DNA from: the human T2T-CHM13v2.0 reference genome, Homo sapiens
DNA length: 64,000 bases
Strand: one strand, 5' to 3'
Assembly (NCBI RefSeq): GCF_009914755.1
Contig: NC_060926.1
The notes beneath the pieces were generated by a model. It did not search any database. It was not told the DNA's origin and saw only the letters and a program-made list of their open reading frames with translations. Position numbers and translations under genes: made by a program. Positions 1-13,900 of the stretch are shown here, in pieces. Numbering within the stretch: position 1 is the first letter of the stretch; each line of letters begins with the position of its first letter.

Positions 1-1660
1 GAATCATCATTGAATGGATTCGAATAGAATCTTTGAATGAAATTGAATGGAATCAGCATGAAATGGAATCTAAAGGAATCATAGAATGGTATCGAATGGA
101 ATCATCATCGAATGGAATGGAATGGAATGGAATGGAATGGAATCAGCATCGAATGGAATCAAAAGCAATCATTCAATGGACTCTAATAGAATCATCGAAT
201 AGACTTGAATGTAATCATCATCGAATGGAGAAGAATGGAATCAACCAATGGACACGAATGGAATCGTCATCAAATGGACTCGAATGCAATCATCATTGAA
301 TGGAATGAAATGGAATCATCATGGAATGGAATTGAATGGAATCATCGAATGGACTCGAAAGGAATTATGCTCGAATGGAATCTAATGGAATCATCAAATG
401 GACTCAAATGGAATCATCATCGAATGAAATCGTATGGAATCATCGAATGCAACTGAATGGAATCATTGAATGGACTTGAAAGGAATTATTATGGAATGGA
501 ATTGAATGGAATCATTGAATGGACTTTAAAGGAATCATCATCAAGTGGAATCGAATGGAATCATTGAATGGACTCGAATTGAATCTTTGAATGGCATCGA
601 ATGGAATCATCATGGAATGGAGTCAAATGGAATCATCATCAAATGGAATTGAATGGAATCTTCATTGAATGGACTCGAATGGAATCATCATCAATTGGAA
701 TCTAATCGAATCATCAATGAAGGGAATCGAATGGAATCATCATCGAATGGAATCGAATGGAATCATCAACAAGTGGAAACGAATGAAATCATCGAATGGA
801 ATCCAATGGTGTCATCGAATGGACACGAAAGGAATCATCGAATGGAATCAAATGGAATCACCATCGAATGGAATCAAATGGAATCACCATCGAATGGAAT
901 GTTATGAAATCATCTCATGGACTCGAAGGGAATCATCATCGAATGGAATCGAATGGAATCATTGAATGAAATGGAAAGGAATCACCATCGAATGGAATGT
1001 TATGGAATCTTCTAATGGACTCGAAGGGAATCATCATCGAATGGAATCGAATGGAATCATTGAATGGAATTGAATGGAATCATCATCAAATGGAATCGAA
1101 TGGAATCATCGAATGGAATCTGAATGGAATCATCAATGAATGGAATCAAATGGAATCATCTAATGGACGTGAATGGAATCATCATCGAAAGCAATGAAAT
1201 GTAATTCAATCGAATGGACATGAATGGAATCATCATTGAATGGAATCAAATGGAATCCTCATCGAATGGAATCGAATGGAATCATCAAATGGAATAGAAT
1301 GGAGTCATCGTCGAATGTAATCAAATGTAATCATCGAATGTCATCGAATGGAATCATTGACTGGAAAAGAATGGAATCATCATCGAATGGAAATGAATGG
1401 AATCACAGAATGAAATCGAATGGAATCATCATCGAATGGAGTCTAATGGAATAATCATGGAATGGAATAGAATGGAATCATCGAGTGGACACGAATGGAA
1501 TCATCATTGAATGGAATCAAATAGAATCATCAAATGGACTTGAATGTAAACAACATCGAATGGAATCTAATTTAGTCATTGAATTGCATTGAGTGGAATC
1601 ATCATTGAATGGAATCTAAGGAAATCATCGAATGGACTCGAGTGGAATCATCATCAAATG
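1..1660 (+). repeat. Internally deleted higher-order unit (about 1.0 kb missing near 270 and about 2.4 kb missing near 1650)
   Basis: The offset to the next copy changes from ~2898 (89 vs 2987) to ~3907 (302 vs 4209). At ~1650 the sequence jumps from the equivalent of ~13660 to the equivalent of ~16065. Confidence 0.75.
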
Positions 1661-4600
1661 GGATCATCATCAAATGGAATCGAATGGAGTCACCAAATGG
1701 ACACGAATGAATGAGCAAATGGACTCGAATGGAAACATCAAATAGAATCGAATGGAATCATCGAAAGGAATTGAATGGAATGATTGAATGGACTCGAATG
1801 GAATCATCTAATGGACACGAATGGAATAATCATAAAATGGAATCGAATGGAATCATCAAATGGACTCGAATGAATGGAATCATCGAATGGACTCCAATGG
1901 AATCATCAAATGGAATCAAACCGAATCATCATCGAATGGAATCGAATGGAATCATCATCAAATGGAATCAAGCGGAAGGTATCATCAAATGGAATCAAAT
2001 GGAATCATTGTTGAATGGAATGGAATGGAATCATTGAATGGAATTGAATGGGATCACAAATGAACGGAATCAAATGGAATCATCTTCTAATGGAATCGAA
2101 AGGAATCATCAAATACACTCGAATGGAATCATCATCGAATGGAATCATGTGGAATCGTCGAATGAACTGGAAATGAATCATAATCAAATGAAATTAAAAT
2201 GAATCATCATCGAAAGGAATCACATGGAATCATCATCGAATGGAATCATACGGAAACATCACAGAATGGAATTGAATGGAATCATCACTAGGACTCGAAA
2301 GGAATCATCAAATGTACTCGGAGGGACATGTCAAATGGACTCGAACGGAATCATCATCGAATGGAATCGAATGGGACCATAAAATGGACTCGAATCAAAT
2401 CTTCAAAAGGACTCAAAGGGAATCATTGTAGAATGGAAATGAATAGAGTCATCAGACAGCCTCGAATGGAAGCATCATTGAATGGAATTGATTGGAAACA
2501 TCGAATTCACTCGAATGGAATCATCATCTGATGGAATTGAATGGAATCATCGAATGGACACAAATGGAATCATCATCAAATGGAATCCATTGGAACGATC
2601 GAATGGAATCGCATTTAATTATCAAATGGAATCGAATGGAATCATCTTTGAATGGAAACAAATGGAATCACTGAATGGAATCGAATGCAATCATCATTGA
2701 ATGGAATCGAATGGAATCAACGAATGGTATCCAAAGGAATCACCATTGAATGCCCTCGCATGGAATCATCATCAAAGAGAGTAGAAAGGAATCATTGAAT
2801 GGACTCGAATGGAACCATCATTGAATGGAATCACCAAATGGAATCAAATGGAATCATCATCAAATGAAATCAAAAGCAATCATCAAATGGAATCGAATGG
2901 AATCATCATTGAATGGATTCGAATAGAATCTTTGAATGAAATTGAATGGAATCAGCATGAAATGGAATCTAAAGGAATCATAGAATGGTATCGAATGGAA
3001 TCATCATCGAATGGAATGGAATGGAATGGAATGGAATGGAATCAGCATCGAATGGAATCAAAAGCAATCATTGAATGGACTCTAATAGAATCATCGAATA
3101 GACTTGAATGTAATCATCATCGAATGGAGAATGGAATCATCCAATGGACACGAATGGAATCGTCATCGAATGGAATCGAATGGAATCATATAATGGACCC
3201 GAATTGAATCATTATTGAATGGAATAGAATGGAATCGTCATCGAATGGAATCGTATGGAATCATCTAATGGACCCGAATGGAATCATCGTTGAATTGAAT
3301 AGAATGCAATCATCATCAAATGGAATCGAATGGAATCATCATCAAATAGAATCGAATGGAATCATCAAATGGAATCGAATGGAGTCATTGTCTAATGCAA
3401 TCGCATGAAATCATAGAATGGAATCCCATGGAATCAACATCGAATGGAATCGATTGGAATCATTATCAAATAGAATTGAATGGAATCACTGAATGGAATC
3501 ATCATCAAATGGACTCCAACGGAATCATCGAATTGAATCTAATGGAATCATCACTGAATGGAATAGAATGGAATAATCAAATGGAAACGAATGGAATCAT
3601 CATCGAATGGAATCGAATGGTATCATCAAATGCACTTGAATGGAATCATCAATGAATGGAATCGAATGGTATAATCGAATGGAATCAAATGGAATCATCT
3701 TCGAGTGGAACCTAAAGGAATCGCCAAATGGACTCCAATGGAATAATCATCGTATGGAATCGAGTGGAATCATCGAATGTACTCGAATGGAATCATCGAA
3801 TGTACTCGAATGGAATCATCGAATGGAATCGAATGGAATCATGGTCGAACGGAAAAGAATGGAATCATCAAGTGGACACGAATGGAATCAACATCTAATG
3901 GAATGGAATGGAATCATCAAATGGAATGGAATGGAATCATCATCGAATGGAATAAAATGGAATCATAAAATGGAATCAAATGGAATCATCAGTGAGTGGA
4001 ATCGAGTGGTATCATGGAATGGAATTGAATGGAATCGTCTTTGAGTGGAATCTAAAGGAATCACCAAATGGACTCCAATCATCAGATGGAATCGAGTGGA
4101 ATCATCGAATGTAGTCGAATGCAATCATCATCGAATGGAATTGAATGGAATCAACGAATGGAATCCAAAGGAATCATAGAATGGACTCGAATGGAATCAT
4201 CATTGAATGGAATGAAATGGAATCATCATGGAATGGAATTGAATGGAATCATCGAATGGACTCGAAAAGAATTATGCTCGAATGGAATCTAATGGAATCA
4301 TCAAATGGACTCAAATGGAATCATCATCGAATGAAATTGTATGGAATCATCGAATGCAACTGAATGGAATCATTGAATGGACTTGAAAGGAATTATTATG
4401 GAATGGAATTGAATGGAATCATTGAATGGACTTGAAAGGAATCATCAGCAAATGGAATCGAATGGAATCATTAAATATCAACGAATGGAATCATCATCGA
4501 ATGGAGTCGAATTGAATCATCAAATGAACTCGAATGCAATCATCATAGAATGGAATCGAGTGGAATCATCGAATGTAGTCGAATGGAATCATCATCGAAT

Positions 4601-7600
4601 GCAAACGAATGGAATCATCATCAAATGGAATCACATGGAATCATCAAATGGAAAAGAATTGAATAATCATAGAAAGGAATTGAATAGAATCATCGAATGA
4701 AACCGAATGGAATCATCATCGAATGGAATCGATTGGAATCATCATCGAATGCAATTGAATGGAATCATCATCGAATGGAATGAATGGAATCGTCAACGAA
4801 TGGAATTCAAAGGAATCATCATCGAATGGAACCAAATACAATCATCAAATGGACTCGAAAGGAATGATCGAATGGACTCGAATGGAGTTGTCATCGAATG
4901 GAATCAAACGGAATCATCGAACGGAATTGAATCGAATCATCATTGAATGAAATCAAATGGAATCATCGAACGGACTCGAATGGAAGCAATATCAAATGGA
5001 ATCGAAAGGAATCATGGAATGCATTCAAAGGGAATAATCAAATGGACTCAAATGGAATCAACATCAAGTGGAAACGAAAGGAATCATCGAATGGACCGGA
5101 ATAGAATCATCATCGCATGGAATCAAATGGAATCATCAACGAATGGAATTCAAAGGAATCATCATCGAATGGAACGAAATAGAATCATCAAATGGACTCG
5201 AAAGGAATCATCGAATGCACTCGAATGGAGTTGTCATCGAATGGAATCAAATGGAATCATCGAACGGAATTGTATCGAATCATCATTGAATGAAATCAAA
5301 TGGAATCATCGAATGGACTCGAATGGAAGCAATATCAAATGGAATCGAAAGGAATCATGGAATGCATTGAAAGGGAATAATCAAATGGACTCAAATGGAA
5401 TCAACATCAAGTGGAATCGAAAGGAATCATCGAATGGACCGGAATGGAATCATCATCGAAAGGAATCGAATGGAATCATCGAATGGACTTGAATGGAATC
5501 ACTATCTAATGGAACCGAATGGAATCATCATGGAATGGAACCGGAAGGAGTCATCATCAAATGGAATCCAATGAAATCATTGAATGGACTCAAATGGAAT
5601 CATCACCAACTGGAATTGAATGGAATCATCGAACGGACTCCAGTGGAATCATCGGAGAATGGAATCGAATGGAATTATCAAACGGACTCGAATGGAATAA
5701 ACTTTGAATGGAATCGAGGGGAATCATCAAATGGAATCGAATGCAATCATCGAACGGAATCGAATGGCATCACCGAATGGAATCCAATGGAATCACCATT
5801 GAATGGACTCGAATGGAATCATCATTGAATGGAATCGAATGGAATCATCGAATGGACTCGAATGGAATTATCATCGATTGGAATCAAATGGAATCATCGA
5901 ATGGAATCGAAAGGAATCATCATCAACTGTAATGAACTGCAATCACTGAATGGAATCGAATGGAATCGTCATCAAAAACAATCGAATAGAATAATGAAAT
6001 GGAATCAAATGCAATCAACATCAAATGGAATCGAATGGAATCCTAGAATGACATCGAATGGAATCCTCATCGAATGGAATCAAAGGGAATCAATATCAAA
6101 TGGAATCGAAAGCAATCACTGAATGGACTTGAATACAATCATCAAATGGATTTGAAGGGAATCCACATTGAATGAAATAGAACAAAAACATTGAATGGAC
6201 ACGAATGGAATCATCACCGAATGGAATCAAATGGAGTCATCAAATGGACTCGAATGGAATCATCATCAAATGGGATCATCATCAAATGGAATCGAATGCA
6301 GTCATCAAATGGACACGAATGAATGAACAAATGGACTCGAATGGAAACATCAAATAGAATCGAATGGAATCATCGAAAGGAATTGAATGGAATGATTGAA
6401 TGGACTCGAATGGAATCATCTAATGGACACGAATGGAATAATCCTAAAATGGAATCCAATGGAATCATCAAAATGACCCGAATGAATGGAATCATCTAAT
6501 GGACACCAATGGAATCATCATAAAATGGAATGGAATGGAATCATCAAATGGACTCGAATGAATGGAATCATCGAATGGACTCGAATGGAATCATCACATG
6601 GAATCAAACCGAATCGTCATCGAATGGAATCGAATGGAATCATCATCAAATGGAATCAAGCGGAAGGAATCATCAAATGGAATCAAATGGAATCATTGTT
6701 GAATGGAATGGAATGGAATCATTGAATGGGATTGAATGGGATCACCAATGAACGGAATCAAATGGAATCATCTTCTAATGGAATCGAAAGGAATCATCAA
6801 ATACACTCGAATGGAATCATCATCGAATGTAATCGTGTGGAATCGTCGAATGAACTGGAAATGAATCATAATCAAATGCAATTAAAAGGAATCATCATCG
6901 AAAGGAATCACATGGAATCATCATCGAATGGAATCATACGGAAACATCACAGAATGGAATTGAATGGAATCATCAGTTGGACTCGAATGGAATCATCAAA
7001 TGTACTCGAAGGGACGCGTCAAATGGACTCGAACGGAATCATCATCGAATGGAATCGAATGGGATCATCGAAAGGACTCGAATCAAATCTTCAAAAGGAC
7101 TCAAAGGGAATCATTGTAGAATGGAAATGAATAGAGTCATCAGACAGCCTCGAATGGAAACATCATTGAATGGAATTGATTGGAAACATCGAATTCACTC
7201 GAATGAAATCATCATCTGATGGAATTGAATGGAATCATCGAATGGACACAAATGGAATCATCATCAAATGGAATCCATTGGAACGATCGAATGGAATCGC
7301 ATTTAATTATCAAATGGAATCGAATAGAATCATCTTTGAATGGAAACAAATGGAATCATCGAATGGAATCGAATGCAATCATCATTGAATGGAATCGAAT
7401 GGAATCATCGAATGGTATCCAAAGGAATCACCATTGAATGCCCTCGCATGGAATCATCATCAAAGAGAGTAGAAAGGAATCATTGAATGGACTCGAATGG
7501 AACCATCATTGAATGGAATCACCAAATGGAATCAAATGGAATCATCATCAAATGAAATCAAATGGAATCATCAAATGGAATCGAATGGAATCATCATTGA

Positions 7601-10600
7601 ATGGATTCGAATAGAATCTTTGAATGAAATTGAATGGAATCAGCATGAAATGGAATCTAAAGGAATCATAGAATGGTATCGAATGGAATCATCATCGAAT
7701 GGAATGGAATGGAATGGAATGGAATGGAATGGAATCAGCATCGAATGGAATCAAAAGCAATCATTCAATGGACTCTAATAGAATCATCAAATAGACTTGA
7801 ATGTAATCATCATCGAATGGAGAAGAATGGAATCATCCAATGGACACGAATGGAATCGTCATCGAATGGAATCGAATGGAATCATATAATGGACCCGAAT
7901 GGAATCATCATTGAATGGAATAGAATGGAATCGTCATCGAATGGAATCGTATGGAATCATCTAATGGACCCGAATGGAATCATCGTTGAATTGAATAGAA
8001 TGCAATCATCATCAAATGGAATCGAATGGAATCATCATCAAATAGAATCGAATGGAATCATCAAATGGAATCGAATGGAGTCATTGTTTAATGCAATCGA
8101 ATGAAATCATGGAATGGAATCCCATGGAATCAACATCGAATGGAATCGATTGGAATCATTATCAAATAGAATTGAATGGAATCACTGAATGGAATCATCA
8201 TCAAATGGACTCCAACGGAATCATCGAATTGAATCTAATGGAATCATCACTGAATGGAATAGAATGGAATAATCAAATGGAAACGAATGGAATCATCATC
8301 GAATGGAATCGAATTGTATCATCAAATGCACTTGAATGGAATCATCAATGAATGGAATCGAATGGTATAATCGAATGGAATCAAATGGAATCATCTTCGA
8401 GTGGAACCTAAAGGAATCGCCAAATGGACTCCAATGGAATAATCATCGTATGGAATCGAGTGGAATCATCGAATGTACTCGAATGGAATCATCGAATGTA
8501 CTCGAATGGAATCATCGAATGGAATCGAATGGAATCATGGTCGAACGGAAAAGAATGGAATCATCAAGTGGACACGAATGGAATTAACATCTAATGGAAT
8601 GGAATGGAATCATCAAATGGAATGGAATGGAATCATCATCAAATGGAATCAAATGGAATCATCAAATGGAATCAAATGGAATCATCAGTGAGTGGAATCG
8701 AGTGGTATCATGGAATGGAATTGAATGGAATCGTCTTTGAGTGGAATCTAAAGGAATCACCAAATGGACGCCAATCATCAGATGGAATCGAGTGGAATCA
8801 TCGAATGTAGTCGAATGCAATCATCATCGAATGGAATTGAATGGAATCAACGAATGGAATACAAAGGAATCATAGAATGGACTCGAATGGAATCATCATT
8901 GAATGGAATGAAATGGAATCATCATGGAATGGAATTGAATGGAATCATCGAATGGACTCGAAAGGAATTATGCTCGAATGGAATCTAATGGAATCATCAA
9001 ATGGACTCAAATGGAATCATCATCGAATGAAATCGTATGGAATCATCGAATGCAACTGAATGGAATCATTGAATGGACTTGAAAGGAATTATTATGGAAT
9101 GGATTTGAATGGAATCATTGAATGGACTTGAAAGGAATCATCAGCAAATGGAATCGAATGGAATCATTAAATATCAACGAATGGAATCATCATCGAATGG
9201 AGTCGAATTGAATCATCAAATGAACTCGAATGCAATAATCATAGAATGGAATCGAATGGAATCTTTGAATGGACCTGAATGGAATCATCATCGAATGCAA
9301 ACGAATGGAATCATCATCAAATGGAATCACATGGAATCATCAAATGGAAAAGAATTGAATAATCATAGAAAGGAATTGAATAGAATCATCGAATGAAACC
9401 GAATGGAATCATCATCGAATGGAATCGATTGGAATCATCATCGAATGCAATTGAATGGAATCATCATCGAATGGAATGAATGGAATCATCAAGGAATGGA
9501 ATTCAAAGGAATCATCATCGAATGGAACCATATAGAATCATCAAATGGACTCGAAAGGAATGATCAAATGGACTCGAATGGAGTTGTCATCGAATGGAAT
9601 CAAATGGAATCATCGAACGGAATTGAATCGAATCATCATTGAATGAAATCAAATGGAATCATCGAACGGACTCGAATGGAAGCAATATCAAATGGAATCG
9701 AAAGGAATCATGGAATGCATTCAAAGGGAATAATCAAATGGGCTCAAATGGAATCAACATCAAGTGGAAACGAAAGGAATCATCGAATGGACCGGAATGG
9801 AATCATCATCGCATGGAATCGAATGGAATCATCAACGAATGGAATTCAAAGGAATCATCATCGAATGGAACCAAATAGAATCATCAAATGGACTGGAAAG
9901 TAATCATCGAATGCACTCGAATGGAGTTGTCATCGAATGGAATCAAATGGAATCATCGAACGGAATTGTATCGAATCATCATTGAATGAAATCAAATGGA
10001 ATCATCGAATGGACTCGAATGGAAGCAATATCAAATGGAATCGAAAGGAATCATGGAATGCATTCAAAGGGAATAATCAAATGGACTCAAATGGAATCAA
10101 CATCAAGTGGAATCGAAAGGAATCATCGAATGGACCGGAATGGAATCATCATCGAATGGAATCGAATGGAATCATCGAATGGACTTGAATGGAATCACTA
10201 TCTAATGGAACCGAATGGAATCATCATGGAATGGAACCGGAAGGAGTCTTCATCAAATGGAATCCAATGAAATCATTGAATGGACTCGAATGGAATCATC
10301 ATCAACTGGAATTGAATGGAATCATCGAACGGACTCCAGTGGAATCATCGGAGAATGGAATCGAATGGAATTATCAAACGGACTCGAATGGAATAAACTT
10401 TGAATGGAATCGAGGGGAATCATCAAATGGAATCGAATGCAATCATCGAACGGAATCGAATGGCATCACCGAATGGAATCCAATGGAATCACCATTGAAT
10501 GGACTCGAATGGAATCATCATTGAATGGAATCGAATGGAATCATCGAATGGACTCGAATGGAATTATCATCGATTGGAATCAAATGGAATCATCGAAAGG

Positions 10601-10980
10601 AATCGAAAGGAATCATCATCAACTGTAATGAACTGCAATCACTGAATGGAATCGAATGGAATCGTCATCAAAAATAATCGAATAGAATAATGAAATGGAA
10701 TCAAATGCAATCAACATCAAATGGAATCGAATGGAATCCTAGAATGACATCGAATGGAATCCTCATCCAATGGAATCAAAGAGAATCAATATCGAATGGA
10801 ATCGAAAGCAATCACTGAATGGACTTGAATACAATCATCAAATGGATTTGAAGGGAATCCTCATTGAAAGGAATAGAACAAAAGCATTGAATGGACACGA
10901 ATGGAATCATCATCGAATGGAATCAAATGGAGTCATGAAATGGACTCGAATGGAATCATCATCCAATGGGATCATCATCA
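1660..10980 (+). repeat. Two tandem copies of a derived ~4.7 kb unit
   Basis: Landmark spacing: 2482/7170 and 2809/7497 = 4688; 3356/8052, 4413/9109 and 5493/10189 = 4696. Shared private variants include GCATTTAATTATC, a ~2 kb deletion junction at ~4440/9136 and a 343-bp internal duplication. Confidence 0.88.
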
Positions 10981-13900
10981 AATGAAATCAAATGGAATCA
11001 TCAAATGGAATCGAATGGAATCATCATTGAATGGATTCGAATAGAATCTTTGAATGAAATTGAATGGAATCAGCATGAAATGGCTTCTAAAGGAATCATA
11101 GAATGGTATCAAATGGAATCATCATCGAATGGAATGGAATGGAATGGAATGGAATGGAATGGAATGGAATGGAATCAGCATCGAATGGAATCAAAAGCAA
11201 TCATTCAATGGACTCTAATAGAATCATCGAATAGACTTGAATGTAATCATCATCGAATGGAGAAGAATGGAATCATCGAATGCACACGAATGGAATCATC
11301 CTCGAATGGAATAGAATGGAATCATATAATGAACCCGAATGGAATCATCATTGAATGGAATAGAATGGAATCGTCATCGAATGGAATCGTATGGAATCAT
11401 CTAATGGACCCGAATGGAATCATCATCGAATTGAATAGAATGCAATCATCATCAAATGGAATCGAATGGAATCATCATCAAATAGAATCGAATGGAATCA
11501 TCAAATGGAATCGAATGGAGTCATTGTCTAATGCAATCGAATGAAATCATAGAATGGAATCCCATGGAATCAACATCGAATGGAATCGATTGGAATCATT
11601 ATCAAATAGAATTGAATGGAATCACTGAATGGAATCATCATCAAATGGACTCCAACGGAATCATCGAATTGACTCTAATGGAAATATCACTGAGTGGAAT
11701 AGAATGGAATAATCAAATGGAAACGAATGGAATCATCATCGAATGGAATCGAATGGTATCATCAAATGCACTTGAATGGAATCATCAATGAATGGAATCG
11801 AATGGTATAATCGAATGGAATCAAAAAGGAATCATCTTCGAGTGGAACCTAAAGCAATCGCCAAATGGACTCCAAAGGAATAATCACCGTATGGAATCGA
11901 GTGGAATCATCGAATGTACTCGAATTTAATCAACGAATGGAATCGAATGGAATCATCGAATGGAATCGAATGGAATCATGGTCGAACGGAAAAGAATGGA
12001 ATCATCAAGTGGACACGAATGGAATCAACATCTAATGGAATGGAATGGAATCATCAAATGGAATGGAATGGAATCATCATCGAATGGAATAAAATAGAAT
12101 CATCAAATGGAATCAAATGGAATCATCAATGAATGGAATCGAATGGTATCATGGAATGGAATTGAATGGAATCTTCTTTGAGTGGAATCTAAAGGAATCA
12201 CCGAATGGACTCCAATCATCAGATGGAATCGAGTGGAATCATCGAATGTAGTCGAATGCAATCATCATCGAATGGAATTGAATGGAATCAACCAATAGAA
12301 TAGAAAGGAATCGCAGAATGGACTCGAATGGAATCATCATTGAATAGAATGAAATGGAATCATCATGGAATGGAATTGAATGGAATCATCGAATGGACTC
12401 GAAAGGAATTATGCTTGTATGGAATCTAATGGAATCATCAAATGGACTCAAATGGAATCATCATCGAATGAAATCGTATGGAATCATCGAATGTAACTGA
12501 ATGGAATCATTGAATGGACTTGAAAGGAATTATTATCGAATGGACTTGAAAGGAATCATCATCAAGTGGAATCGAATGGAATCATTGAATGGACTCGAAT
12601 TGAATCTTTGAATGGAATCGAATGGAATCATCATTGAATGGAGTCAAACGGAATCATCATCAAATGGAATTGAATGGAATCTTCATTGAATGGACTCGAA
12701 TGGAATCATCATCAAATGGAATCTAATCGAATCATCAATGAAGGGAATCGAATGGAATCATCATCGAATGGAATCGAATGGAATCATCAACAAGTGGAAA
12801 CGAATGAAATCATCGAATGGAATCCAATGGTGTCATCGAATGGACACGAAAGGAATCATCGAATGGAATCAAATGGAATCACCATCGAATGGAATCAAAT
12901 GGAATCACCATCGAATGGAATGTTATGAAATCATCTCATGGACTCGAAGGGAATCATCATCGAATGGAATCGAATGGAATCATTGAATGAAATGGAAAGG
13001 AATCACCATCGAATGGAATGTTATGGAATCTTCTAATGGACTCAAAGGGAATCATCATCGAATGGAATCGAATGGAATCATTGAATGCAATTTAATGGAA
13101 TTATCATCAAATGGAATGGAATGGAATCATCGAATGGAATGTGAATGGAATCATCAATGAATGGAATCAAATGGAATCATCTAATGGACGCGAATGGAAT
13201 CATCATCGAAAGCAATGAAATGTAATTCAATCGAATGGACATGAATGGAATCATCATTGAATGGAATCAAATGGAATCCTCATCGAATGGAATCGAATGG
13301 AGTCATCAAATGGAATAGAATGGAGTCATCGTCGAATGTAATCGAATGTAATCATCGAATGGCATCGAATGGAATCATCGACTGGAAAAGAATAGAATCA
13401 TCATCGAATGGAAATGAATAGAATCACAGAATGAAATCGAATGGAATCATCATCGAATGGAGTCTAATGGAATAATCATCGAATGGAATAGAATGGAATC
13501 ATCGAGTGGACACGAATGGAATCATCATTGAATGGAATCGAATAGAATCATCAAATGGACTTGAATGGAAACAACATCGAATGGAATCGAATTTAGTCAT
13601 TGAATTGCATTGAGTGGAATCATCATTGAATGAAATCTAAGGAAATCATCGAATGGACTCGAGTGGAATCATCGAATGGACTCGAGGGGAATCATCATCG
13701 AATGGAATCGACTGTAATCATCGATTGGACTCGAATGGAATCATCATTGTATGGAATAGAATGGAATCAACGAATGGACTCGAATAGAATCATCAATGAA
13801 TGGAATCGAATGGAATCAAAGAGTGGACTCTAATGGAGTCATCATCAAATGGAATCTAATGGAATCATCTAATGGACCTGAAAGGAATCATCATTGAATG

